32,000 nt of DNA from Candidatus Saccharimonadota bacterium (lineage in GTDB: Bacteria > Patescibacteriota > Patescibacteriia > 2-12-FULL-60-25): the NCBI GenBank assembly GCA_963718585.1, contig OY970357.1, positions 360,001 through 392,000 of the forward strand, read 5' to 3'. This document shows, piece after piece, positions 8,161 to 16,615 of this stretch (positions are counted from its first letter, which is position 1; every line of letters begins with the position of its first letter). Under the pieces are notes generated by a model that was not told the DNA's origin, searched no databases, and was given only the letters and a program-made list of their open reading frames with translations. The position numbers and the translations under genes are program-made.

Positions 8161-8191
8161 GAAAAACACCCCGCCTTGGAGAGACGGGGTG
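8157..8191 (-). terminator. Intrinsic terminator of the 8205-8639 gene, abutting the typA -35
   Basis: CACCCCG (8167-8173) pairs with CGGGGTG (8185-8191). On the minus strand it is followed by TTTTTCTT, which runs into TTGACC. Confidence 0.7.
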
Positions 8192-8204
8192 GAACACGGG
8201 AGGA

Positions 8205-8639
8205 TCACGTCGCGTAGGTGATCTTCAGGTCGTAACAGGTGCCTTTACCGAGATGGCTTCTCACGAAGACCTCACAGAAGACCATGGTGTCCTCGACGGG
8301 GCGCAGGAACCCTCCGTACGCTCCGTTTTTAGACGGTAGGTGGGGGCGCTTTGTGAGGGATCTGAAGACCGCTTTGAGTCCCGCATGCCGTGACCGGCTG
8401 ATAGACCGGATACGGACCGGGATCGGACTCGCATCAAGCGTGTCCGAGATCAGCGCGTTGAGCTGCTGTTTGACGTTGTCCACGTGGATATGAACGAAGG
8501 CAGAACGCGTTCGGACGGCGACGCTTAATGCGTCATCCATCCAGTCGCAGGCGTCATTCCACTCCAGAGGTGTGATGATCGCCGGCGTCGGGAGCAAGCG
8601 GACGCACACGTCCGCGACGATCGTGCGAAATGGTGGCAT
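8205..8639 (-). CDS. Hypothetical protein (144 aa)
   Basis: ORF with AGGAG 7 nt upstream and genome-typical codon pattern. Possible TTGACA-18-TACCAT promoter (8698-8669). No motif recognised. Confidence 0.5.
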   Translation of the reverse strand: MPPFRTIVADVCVRLLPTPAIITPLEWNDACDWMDDALSVAVRTRSAFVHIHVDNVKQQLNALISDTLDASPIPVRIRSISRSRHAGLKAVFRSLTKRPHLPSKNGAYGGFLRPVEDTMVFCEVFVRSHLGKGTCYDLKITYAT

Positions 8640-8712
8640 GACGCATCTCCTGTGAAGGTGCAGTCAAAATGGTATGACGTGACCCGTGCGTGTGTCAAAG
8701 AATGTGCGTTTT

Positions 8713-9735
8713 TTATGGAGTTGGATGCGCTTTCCAGAACGTCTTTGCGGCATTCAAGAATTCCGGGTGTCCTTTCTGAGCCATCCAGACCCACCACTCA
8801 AATCCCCAGAAGTCGATGGTGTGGAATCCCATGCGCTCTGCGAAACCGAAATTCGCCTGCATCTGTTTCAGATCCATGCTGGAAAGTTGATCCTCGATCG
8901 GCGTAGTAGGAAGATCCGTATTGCTCCATGGCTCCATCTGGAATTCGCTGACATAGACGTCTTTGACACCGAACGGACGTAAGAGGATCGCTTTTCGCTT
9001 GTAAAGATACGGCGGGACGAAGAAGTAATGGAAGTTGAAACCGCCAAGGATGGGATTGCGGACCACGCGGTACACGCTGATCCCGAGCTTATCGACAAAG
9101 ACGCCGAGGGTGACCCAGCTGGACAACTCTCCGGAATCCGTTGTTGTGATGGGGCGTGTGGAATCCAGACCATGTGCGAGTGCCGTCTCTTTGTAGATGA
9201 ACGCATAGTCCAGCGCCGGGCAGTCGCCGTAGGTGAAATGCGGTTCGTTCTCGATCTGCCATTCGCTGATCGTCGGGTCGTCACGATAACGCGTCATCAC
9301 CTTTTCGATGTATCGAAGCGTCTGTTGCTCCTGTTGATCGCGTGGAAGCTTTTTCCACCAATCCGGTTCCCAGCACTCGGGCCAGCGCGGGAGTTTTTCC
9401 CCGATCGCGAGGACGACCGTGCCGCCACGCTGTTTGATCTGCGCGATCTCATTGTCGAGCGCGGAAAAATCCCATTGATCCTGCGTGGGTTCCAGCTCTG
9501 ACCAATACGCGGGGAGGCGAAAGCGACGGATCCCGATATCATCGAGGGCGATCCGGAGGGTCTCGTTCGGGTCGAGACCGAGACTTTGGGCGTACGGGCG
9601 GCTGAATGTGATGCCGTAGGTGACGTCCGTCGTCGTGGTCGGCCAGCCGACGAACAGGAATGCGCCGATACAGACGAGTAACGCCGTCCCCAGGGCGAGG
9701 AGGAATTTGATCGTCATCTCGACCTGACGTTTCAT
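8713..9735 (-). CDS. Membrane-anchored clan GH-A (GH42/GH5-like) glycoside hydrolase
   Basis: Start moved to ATG 9735 (MKRQVEMTIKF...), 1 nt after the upstream stop. Motifs: YWSELEPTQDQWDFSALD (GH42-like N-terminal block), QIENEP (acid/base NEP) and YVSEFQ (candidate nucleophile Glu). Confidence 0.55.
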   Translation of the reverse strand: MKRQVEMTIKFLLALGTALLVCIGAFLFVGWPTTTTDVTYGITFSRPYAQSLGLDPNETLRIALDDIGIRRFRLPAYWSELEPTQDQWDFSALDNEIAQIKQRGGTVVLAIGEKLPRWPECWEPDWWKKLPRDQQEQQTLRYIEKVMTRYRDDPTISEWQIENEPHFTYGDCPALDYAFIYKETALAHGLDSTRPITTTDSGELSSWVTLGVFVDKLGISVYRVVRNPILGGFNFHYFFVPPYLYKRKAILLRPFGVKDVYVSEFQMEPWSNTDLPTTPIEDQLSSMDLKQMQANFGFAERMGFHTIDFWGFEWWVWMAQKGHPEFLNAAKTFWKAHPTP

Positions 9736-9736
9736 A

Positions 9737-10660
9737 TCAGACGACAAATGCGAGCCCTGCGGCCGTGATGCAGAGGGCGACGATCTTCACGGCGAGGACG
9801 CTGGGCGTCAGACGTTCACCTAAGAGTTTAGGTGCCCGTTTATGCAGGACGAAAGCGATGACGACGAGGAAGGCATATTGCAGGGCTTGGAGCGCATTGA
9901 CGAGCGAGACGCTGCCGAGCGCGGTCGCCCATTGGACGAAGAGGAATCCGGTCGCGCCGAGACTTTGACCGAGGAGGGCGATGAGCGCGGCGGCTTTGCC
10001 GGGATGTTTTTCCTTTGAATGCGGTTTATGCCGAATGATATGTAAAACGATGAGCGCTTCACGGCCCGCCTGTCGATCCAAGAGCAGGAGTGCGGCGGCC
10101 GTTGTCACGGCCATGATGCGCGTCGTGATGAAACCGCTTAAGAATCCGACGTCGTTATAGACGAGTTTTACGGCCACGCTCGAGAACGCGAAAAAGAATC
10201 CGGCCGTGATCGCGAGCAGGATGACCTTGGGTTTGAGTCTCCCCTTCCCTCCTCCGGCGGAAAGGAGGACCGTCGCGATGATCAAAAGCACGAAACCGAT
10301 GAGCTGACGTTGCGTCAACCGTTCTCCAAGGAAGAGATACGTCCCGACGAGCGTGAGGATCGGGATGAGCGATCCGACGACCGGTACGACGCGGGTGGCC
10401 TCGCCGCGCGACATGGCGGCGAAAAAGGACCAAAGCGCGAAGATGAAGGTCGTTCCGCTCAACAGCGCCGCGACCGCGATCCATCCGTGCGGCCAGATCT
10501 TCACGAACGGGAGTGCGACGATGACGACGGTCGACAAGAGGCCGACCATGCCGGCGTATGTCGCACTTCGTGTGAACGCCTCACGAAGCAGGATCTTGTC
10601 GATCGTGAATGCGAAGCTGTTACACAATTGTCCGATGACGACGAAGATGAGCCAGGTCAT
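9737..10660 (-). CDS. EamA/DMT-family transporter
   Basis: About 10 predicted TM helices in two EamA-like halves. Start moved to ATG 10660 (MTWLIFVVIGQL...), which overlaps the upstream stop (ATGA 10657-10660). The track's 35-aa extension is Arg/Gly-rich. Confidence 0.7.
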   Translation of the reverse strand: MTWLIFVVIGQLCNSFAFTIDKILLREAFTRSATYAGMVGLLSTVVIVALPFVKIWPHGWIAVAALLSGTTFIFALWSFFAAMSRGEATRVVPVVGSLIPILTLVGTYLFLGERLTQRQLIGFVLLIIATVLLSAGGGKGRLKPKVILLAITAGFFFAFSSVAVKLVYNDVGFLSGFITTRIMAVTTAAALLLLDRQAGREALIVLHIIRHKPHSKEKHPGKAAALIALLGQSLGATGFLFVQWATALGSVSLVNALQALQYAFLVVIAFVLHKRAPKLLGERLTPSVLAVKIVALCITAAGLAFVV

Positions 10661-12006
10661 ACATCGACCGTCTGTCCGAGGCGCGGGACATCCGCCTGGA
10701 CGCCGAGTTCCCGATGCAGGCGTGTTGCCAAAGCGGCGGAAGAATTCTCTTCCCCATGTGTGCAATAGATCTGTCCGGGGAGATGTTCTGCGGAGGAGAC
10801 CCAGCGTATGAGTTGGTCCTGGTCCGCATGCGCACTGTAGGCACCGATCGAGACCACACGCGCGCGAACGATGACATTTTGACTGAGGACGTTGACGTGT
10901 TTTTTCCCTGAATAGAGATCATGCCCAAGGGTTCCGTGCGCCTGATAGCCGATGATGAGCAACGTGTTGCGACGATCGCTCAAGTAGCGGACGAGATGGT
11001 GTTGGATCCGTCCCCCGTTCATCATTCCGCTCCCCGCGATGATCACCTTCGGCTTCGGTGCGGCGTTGATGCTCTTGGAGTCGTCCCGCGTCAGGGTCTT
11101 ATGCAGCCCCGGGAAATCAAAGAGGTCGTCCCCGTGCATCACCTGCTCCAATGCATGACGGTTGTAATATTGCGGGTACTCGGCGAAGACCTCAGATGCG
11201 CGGATCGCCATCGGACTATCGAGATAGATGTCGGCTTGCGGTACGCGTTTGTGCTCTACGAGATCGTTCAGTTCGTAGAGGAGAAGCTGGGTCCGCTCGA
11301 TCGCGAAAGCCGGGATCATCAAGACTCCGTTCTTCTTCAGCGTCGTGGTCATCACATCCCGAAGGATCTTGTTCCGTGCATTCACCTGCTCGTGGATACG
11401 GTCGCCATACGTCGACTCCATGACCAGGACGTCCTGTTCCGCGAGCTGGGCGGTCGGTCGGAGGATGGGGTCCGTCGGATTGCCCAGATCACCGCTGAAT
11501 GCCGCCCGTGCACCACCCCGCTCTTCGATCTCGACGAATGCACTGCCCAGGATGTGCCCTGCGTCGCGAAATCGGAATGTCAGTGAACCGATCCGGACCT
11601 TGCGGGAGTAATCGACGATCGTAAAATATTTGACGGCCTTGTCGACATCCTTCTCCCCGTACAGCATAGGGCGATAGTTGCGGCGTTCGTCTTCCTCCAT
11701 GATGTTCTCCGCGTCATCCAAGACGATCTTCGCGAGTTTGGCGGTCGGAGGGGTCAGGTAGATCTTCCCCGTGAATCCTTCGCGGATGAGTTTGGGGAGG
11801 CGCCCGACATGATCCAGATGCGCGTGCGTCACGACGACGGCATCGATGTCTTTGGGGTCGAAGTCGAAGTCACGGTAGTTCTTGGTATCTGCGAGCGCTG
11901 TGCCCTGATACATACCGCAATCGACGAGGATGCGGCGGTCGCCTGTTTCCACGAGATAGCAGGAGCCGGTGACCTCCCGCGTCGCGCCGAGGAACGTTAT
12001 TTTCAT
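10657..12006 (-). CDS. MBL-fold beta-CASP RNA-metabolising hydrolase (CPSF73/RNase J-like)
   Basis: Start moved to ATG 12006 (MKITFLGATREVTGSCYLVE). Has the VVVTHAHLDHVGRLP (HxHxDH) motif and a beta-CASP-length C-terminal region. Confidence 0.85.
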   Translation of the reverse strand: MKITFLGATREVTGSCYLVETGDRRILVDCGMYQGTALADTKNYRDFDFDPKDIDAVVVTHAHLDHVGRLPKLIREGFTGKIYLTPPTAKLAKIVLDDAENIMEEDERRNYRPMLYGEKDVDKAVKYFTIVDYSRKVRIGSLTFRFRDAGHILGSAFVEIEERGGARAAFSGDLGNPTDPILRPTAQLAEQDVLVMESTYGDRIHEQVNARNKILRDVMTTTLKKNGVLMIPAFAIERTQLLLYELNDLVEHKRVPQADIYLDSPMAIRASEVFAEYPQYYNRHALEQVMHGDDLFDFPGLHKTLTRDDSKSINAAPKPKVIIAGSGMMNGGRIQHHLVRYLSDRRNTLLIIGYQAHGTLGHDLYSGKKHVNVLSQNVIVRARVVSIGAYSAHADQDQLIRWVSSAEHLPGQIYCTHGEENSSAALATRLHRELGVQADVPRLGQTVDV

Positions 12007-12052
12007 ACGGACGATTTCGCGAGGAGTGTAGCATGGTATACTTTGAGCAGCT

Positions 12053-12244
12053 ATGAAAACGGGCGTCATTCTCCTCATCTCTACGTTGACCCTACTTGGC
12101 GCCGGATGCGCGGGATCGAAGCCGCCTGCTACGCCGGTCGGCCTGACGCCACAAGATAAACAGCTGACGCCGGAGCCGCCGGTTCAGCCCTCACAGACCC
12201 CGACGATCCCGCCGGAAGCAAAGAACGTTCCGCTTCCGAAGTGA
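12053..12244 (+). CDS. 63-aa putative lipoprotein made almost only of a Pro/Thr-rich linker
   Basis: MKTGVILLISTLTLLGAGC signal with a lipobox-like LGAGC, then 44 residues rich in P/T/Q. TGGTATACT sits 10 nt upstream of the ATG. Confidence 0.5.
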   Translation: MKTGVILLISTLTLLGAGCAGSKPPATPVGLTPQDKQLTPEPPVQPSQTPTIPPEAKNVPLPK

Positions 12245-12272
12245 GTTCCGATCTTCCATTGTGAGCGCGCCC

Positions 12273-12650
12273 TTATGCGCGCATATTCGCGCTGATCTGC
12301 GCGACGAGGATGATGGTCTCGATGATGAGAAGGAACATCCCGGAGAACACCACGAGACGCAGACCCAAGTCCGGATCGCCGAATACCTGGCGATACCCGT
12401 CTTCAAAGAGCCATAACCGTCCGCGGATCAGACTTTCGACCAGGAGGACACCGAAAAGCATGGCCGCGGCATAGATGAACGGCATGACGCCTACGGCACC
12501 CATGGAGATCGCGGTCAGATAGACGATGATGAACGAGGCGAACGTCAACACCGCCCACATGTTCGCATGGAGCTTCAAGGACCGTGGCGACGGGGTGTGC
12601 TGCTTTGGGTGCGACGTGCGACGCCGCGTATGAGATCTCCGTTTCGGCAT
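12273..12650 (-). CDS. Membrane protein (125 aa) with a basic N-terminus
   Basis: MPKRRSHTRRRTSHPKQH followed by about 3 hydrophobic helices. TGATATACT sits 9 nt upstream of the ATG. Confidence 0.5.
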   Translation of the reverse strand: MPKRRSHTRRRTSHPKQHTPSPRSLKLHANMWAVLTFASFIIVYLTAISMGAVGVMPFIYAAAMLFGVLLVESLIRGRLWLFEDGYRQVFGDPDLGLRLVVFSGMFLLIIETIILVAQISANMRA

Positions 12651-12734
12651 TTCATGGCAAGTATATCACGTCCATTGACAAAGCGTTCATTCTTGCGTAG
12701 CGTTTCGAAGGTTCTTTTTCCAAAGAGGTGCAAG

Positions 12735-13181
12735 ATGTTCGAACTCGTGATCCCTGATCATTCTCAGCCCGGGGCGCTTCGAAAGCTGCAGTCACAGATG
12801 GAGACGCTTGCCACGCGCGTGCGCTCCTGTCCCCCGCCGTTCGGACGCGTTCCGATCATGATCCGGCTCATCGCCGAACGGATTGAAGTGGATGCGCAGG
12901 ATCAGAAGACCTTGCGCACCTTTTCCATCGGTGTCCGCCGCCGAGTGGATGAGGGGGGAGGTTTGAGTGACCTGTGGGAGCGGACGTATCTCTTCGAAGA
13001 CGACGGGACGGCGATGATCCGTACCCGTGGTGCCGTGATGCTCGACGGGCTCCCGTGGCGAGATGCCGCGGAAAAGGTGATCATCGACCTTCGCGAGATC
13101 ACGGAAATGATCGCCTTCGACCTGCAGAACAAGCGCGAAGCACTGTCAGCGCTGCTTCCGCTCAAGACCATCAAGTCCTGA
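12735..13181 (+). CDS. Hypothetical protein (148 aa)
   Basis: Start moved to ATG 12735 after AGAGGTG. Candidate TTGACA (12675-12680)-17-TAGCGT promoter, and its own terminator. No motif recognised. Confidence 0.5.
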   Translation: MFELVIPDHSQPGALRKLQSQMETLATRVRSCPPPFGRVPIMIRLIAERIEVDAQDQKTLRTFSIGVRRRVDEGGGLSDLWERTYLFEDDGTAMIRTRGAVMLDGLPWRDAAEKVIIDLREITEMIAFDLQNKREALSALLPLKTIKS

Positions 13182-13200
13182 CCTCTGACCCCGTTCTCTC

Positions 13201-13225
13201 CCCCGTCGTTTCGGCGGGTTTTTTT
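13201..13225 (+). terminator. Intrinsic terminator
   Basis: CCCGTCG (13202-13208) pairs with CGGCGGG (13212-13218), including one G-U pair, followed by TTTTTTT. Confidence 0.7.
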
Positions 13226-13301
13226 AATGTGATGGCTTGACAGGCGATCCGTTTCGCGTAAACGTGCATTCGTTCCTTCACTGGATCGAGAGGAGTGGGA
13301 A

Positions 13302-13676
13302 ATGGAAAGGGAAAAGGTACGGATCAACATCCCGTCGCCGAACGGGTCCAAGGCATTTGATCTCCTTCGCGCGGAGATCGATAAACTCTGCGTCCCCGCA
13401 GAACGTGCCAGCCTGCGTTGCGACGTCTCCAACACGTTCGCGAGCGGCATCAAACGCGGATTGCACATGGCCTATGAGGTCATCCTCCATGATGGGTCCG
13501 CACGGTCACATCACGTCGCCAAGGTCGAGTTCAATATCGACGGGAGTGCAAGTATCTATGAAGCGACGGCGGCAGGACGCAGCATCAGCGGTTGGCGACA
13601 GGGTTTCGAATTCCTCTGTCGCAAGGTCCAGGACCGCCAGCACGCATATGACGTGGTCATTGAGCCGATCGCATGA
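13302..13676 (+). CDS. Hypothetical protein (124 aa)
   Basis: AGGAG (13291-13295) lies 6 nt before the ATG, and it has its own terminator. No motif recognised. Confidence 0.5.
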   Translation: MEREKVRINIPSPNGSKAFDLLRAEIDKLCVPAERASLRCDVSNTFASGIKRGLHMAYEVILHDGSARSHHVAKVEFNIDGSASIYEATAAGRSISGWRQGFEFLCRKVQDRQHAYDVVIEPIA

Positions 13677-13716
13677 TCTCTCTGTTCACGGATCCGGATC
13701 CATGTAGAAAGCGTTT

Positions 13717-13741
13717 CCGCCTCTCTCGAGGCGGTTTTTTT
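13717..13741 (+). terminator. Intrinsic terminator
   Basis: CCGCCTC (13717-13723) pairs with GAGGCGG (13728-13734), followed by TTTTTTT. Confidence 0.8.
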
Positions 13742-13812
13742 ATCACCTATTCCGTTCCGGTGCAGATCTTTCCCTTTTCCGAATCCCTCTGATTCTTTAT
13801 GATACGTGCCAT

Positions 13813-14988
13813 ATGGCACAAAAACGCATCCTGGTCGTCGGGGCTGGTTTCGCCGGTGTTCTCGCCGCACGACGGATGGCAAAGACGCTTCGTTCACAGG
13901 CAAAGGTCACGCTCATCAACGCGAAGGATCATTTTCTTTTTGCCCCGCGCCTCATCGATCTGCTCGAGGATCCGGATACGAAGGTCCCATATCGGGCGGA
14001 TCTCGCCTCTATCGCCAAACGAGATGGTTTCACCTTCCTCCAAGCGACCGTCACTTCCGTCAAGCGTGATCGACGGATCGTGACCATCAAGGATGGAGAC
14101 GGGAAAGAGAAGGATCTCCCTTATGATCATGCGGTCATCTGTCCGGGTGCGCGGACGAACTACTATCACATCGATGGCGCGGAGGAGAATAGTTTCGATC
14201 TGAAAGATCTGGACTCCATCAAAAAGATCCACGCGCGCGTGCAGGAACTCATCACGGATTCCAAAGCGACGAAATCGGATACGACGTGTCGGAGCATGCT
14301 CACGTTCGTGGTGGTCGGCGGCGGTGCCTCCGGGATCGAGGCCGCCTTTGCCCTCAAGAATTATTGCGAGAAGCTGATCGAAGAGTCGGCCCCTGAATGT
14401 CAGAAATTCCTCTCCTTTGTCGTCGCGCAGGCGGCGCCGCAATTGTTGCCGGGATTCCCGGATTCGGTCGTTGATGGGGCGGTATCAGAGATCACGCGCC
14501 ATGGGGTCAGTGTCATGATCGGGGAGCCTGTGACCAAGGTCGAGAACGGATCATTGACCACGGCGCGGGGCGGGATGCTTCCGGCGGGTCTGATCCTCTG
14601 GTGCGCGGGTCTCCGTCCGGTTCCGATCACCTTCGTACCCGAGACCGCGCATGACCATGGTGGATTCCTGGTCACGGACCGCAATCTCGCGATCGACGAA
14701 CGGACGTTCGCGGCAGGCGATGCGATCATGTTCCGGCATGAGCAGGTGGTCGCCCCGAAGAACGGGCAGACCGCGGAAATGATGGGGATGGCCGTTGCGG
14801 ACAACGTCATCCGGTCGATCCGCGGGCAAAGCCTCAAGCCGTTCCATTACTGGTCGAAAGGGACGATCCTGACGCTTGGGCACACGGGGTACATCGATCT
14901 CCCCTACTTCATCATCAAAACGAAACTCGCGATCTGGTTGCGCGACCGGTTCTACCGCCGCGTTTTCCGTAAGGTCACGGGTCTTTGA
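13813..14988 (+). CDS. ndh: Type II NADH dehydrogenase-like FAD/NAD(P)-binding oxidoreductase (NDH-2 family)
   Basis: RILVVGAGFAGV dinucleotide fold at the N-terminus, a second VVVGGGASGIE fold, FAAGD near the C-terminus, 391 aa. Confidence 0.75.
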   Translation: MAQKRILVVGAGFAGVLAARRMAKTLRSQAKVTLINAKDHFLFAPRLIDLLEDPDTKVPYRADLASIAKRDGFTFLQATVTSVKRDRRIVTIKDGDGKEKDLPYDHAVICPGARTNYYHIDGAEENSFDLKDLDSIKKIHARVQELITDSKATKSDTTCRSMLTFVVVGGGASGIEAAFALKNYCEKLIEESAPECQKFLSFVVAQAAPQLLPGFPDSVVDGAVSEITRHGVSVMIGEPVTKVENGSLTTARGGMLPAGLILWCAGLRPVPITFVPETAHDHGGFLVTDRNLAIDERTFAAGDAIMFRHEQVVAPKNGQTAEMMGMAVADNVIRSIRGQSLKPFHYWSKGTILTLGHTGYIDLPYFIIKTKLAIWLRDRFYRRVFRKVTGL

Positions 14989-15017
14989 TCTAAAAAACTC
15001 ACTCACCATTTTCTATT

Positions 15018-15476
15018 ATGTGGTTCCTCAAAATGAACATGTCCACCTGTACGAACGGGTGCGAACGACACTGCAGGTATGCGGATTGGGGCCTGCTCTT
15101 CATCCGTGTTGCCGCCGGCCTGATCTTCCTTGTCCACGGGTACGGCAAGCTCTTCGGTAACATGCCCGGCATGGATGGATTCACGCACATGGTCGCCGGG
15201 CTCGGATTCCCGATCCCCGCGTTCTTCGCCTGGGTCATCGCCATCGCCGAATTCTTCGGCGGGATCGCGTTGATCCTCGGTTTTTTGATGCGGTATTTCG
15301 CGCCGATCCTCCTGGTCGACATGTTCGTCGCATTCACGATGGTCTTCAAGGCGGACATCCTCCACGGCGGTCAGGAATTCATGCTCTTCTGGACGGTCCT
15401 CGCTCTCATGTGTGCCGGACCGGGAAGGTTCGCACTCGGAATGCGCCGACGGTCAGACGGATCGAAAGACGCATGA
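15018..15476 (+). CDS. DoxX-family membrane protein
   Basis: GLLFIRVAAGLIFLVHGYGKLFG and EFFGGIALILGF blocks are typical of DoxX. It lies 29 nt after ndh with no terminator between. The true start may be Met6 or Met8. Confidence 0.75.
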   Translation: MWFLKMNMSTCTNGCERHCRYADWGLLFIRVAAGLIFLVHGYGKLFGNMPGMDGFTHMVAGLGFPIPAFFAWVIAIAEFFGGIALILGFLMRYFAPILLVDMFVAFTMVFKADILHGGQEFMLFWTVLALMCAGPGRFALGMRRRSDGSKDA

Positions 15477-15505
15477 AAAAAGACCCCTTTGCGGGGGTCT
15501 TTTTT
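15476..15505. terminator. Bidirectional intrinsic terminator (doxX / FecR-like gene)
   Basis: AAAAAA-AGACCCC (15481-15487)-loop-GGGGTCT (15494-15500)-TTTTT. Confidence 0.8.
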
Positions 15506-16613
15506 AGAATGAAAGGCTTGATGTCGCGGCGTTCCCATCCGCGCTGGCGCCGACGGTCAGACGGATCGAGCCGGAGTGCTCATGTGTTCCGTCATTCCAT
15601 CGGGCGATGACCGTGACCGGGCCCTCCCCGACCGCAGTCGCACTCCCCTGTTCCACGGTCAGGATCGATGGGTCAGAGGATTGCCAGATCGCCTGATCGG
15701 TCACCTCTCTGCTCGAGGCCTGTCCGTTCTGGTCTTGAAAGATGGCCAAGGCTGTGAAGTTGATGGTCTGGCCCGTTACGAGTGCTGGACCGGTATCAGG
15801 CGGAATGATCTGCACGGCCATATATCCGTCATGTGTCGCATTGGGATCATCGAGCGTATAGGGTCCTGCTTCATCTCCCACCGAATCAAGCGTCGACATG
15901 TCACCGAGCGCGCGACGGACGGCACGGACCCGTTGGACGAAATCTTGGTCGGCGCGCAGCTGTGCGCGGATCCACGGGTCGTTCCGTGTCTCGTCCGGCG
16001 TGGGAAAGATGGTCTGGTCAAATTCCGGGGGCGGCGAGGTGGTGTCGAGACTCATCGTGAATCCGGTCTCCAGCGTCCCCGTCGCCGTTCCTCCGATGTT
16101 CAAGCTGCCATCAAACTGGTCGATCGTGAGATTGCCGGCATCCGCCCGGACGTGGAACGCCGTTCCGCGGACATTCGCGACCACACCGTTATTCCGCACG
16201 TCAAAAGAGGATCTTGTATCAAGAAGCTTCAAAACACGTGCCCAGAGTCGTCCGGCCGTCAGTTCCAGATGGACGGATTGCACAGCTTTGTCCGCGGATG
16301 CGTCATCGATCTTGAGCGTGCTGTCCGGTGCAAGGGCAACACGATCGCTGTCATAGAATTCGATCGACGCTTCGCCGTCTGCGCCGGTGATGATCGTCTC
16401 TCCCGCGGCCAAGGTCTGCCCTTCGGCCGCCGCGGTACTGGACCCGTCCGTTTCTTGGATCGTAACGGATCCCGAAAGAGACCCGATGGCGACGGCCAAG
16501 TCCGGTGATGAAGAATGGACCGCTCCGGGAGCGGCCGAACGATGACTCAACGTCACGTATGCGAGAGCCGCGATCGCGAGAGCCGCGATCGCGATGATGA
16601 TGTTCCGTTTCAT
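15504..16613 (-). CDS. Signal-anchored FecR-domain protein with C-terminal Big_2 (Ig-like) domain
   Basis: Start moved to ATG 16613 (MKRNIIIAIAALAIAALAYV). FecR-like block: GQTLAAGETIITGADGEASIEFYDSDRVALAPDSTLKI...LELTAGRLWARV...VRGTAFHV. Big_2-like block: WQSSDPSILTVEQGSATAVGEGPVTVIA. Confidence 0.65.
   Translation of the reverse strand: MKRNIIIAIAALAIAALAYVTLSHRSAAPGAVHSSSPDLAVAIGSLSGSVTIQETDGSSTAAAEGQTLAAGETIITGADGEASIEFYDSDRVALAPDSTLKIDDASADKAVQSVHLELTAGRLWARVLKLLDTRSSFDVRNNGVVANVRGTAFHVRADAGNLTIDQFDGSLNIGGTATGTLETGFTMSLDTTSPPPEFDQTIFPTPDETRNDPWIRAQLRADQDFVQRVRAVRRALGDMSTLDSVGDEAGPYTLDDPNATHDGYMAVQIIPPDTGPALVTGQTINFTALAIFQDQNGQASSREVTDQAIWQSSDPSILTVEQGSATAVGEGPVTVIARWNDGTHEHSGSIRLTVGASADGNAATSSLSF
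16561..16590 (-). repeat. Exact 15-bp tandem duplication inside the coding sequence
   Basis: GCGAGAGCCGCGATC occurs twice in tandem and encodes the repeated IAALA of the membrane anchor. Confidence 0.9.
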
Positions 16614-16615
16614 GT

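Noticed and set aside
16561-16590. An exact 15-bp tandem repeat, considered as a possible repeat array or CRISPR fragment.
   Set aside because: There are only two copies and no spacers. It lies in frame inside the membrane-anchor coding region (IAALAIAALA).
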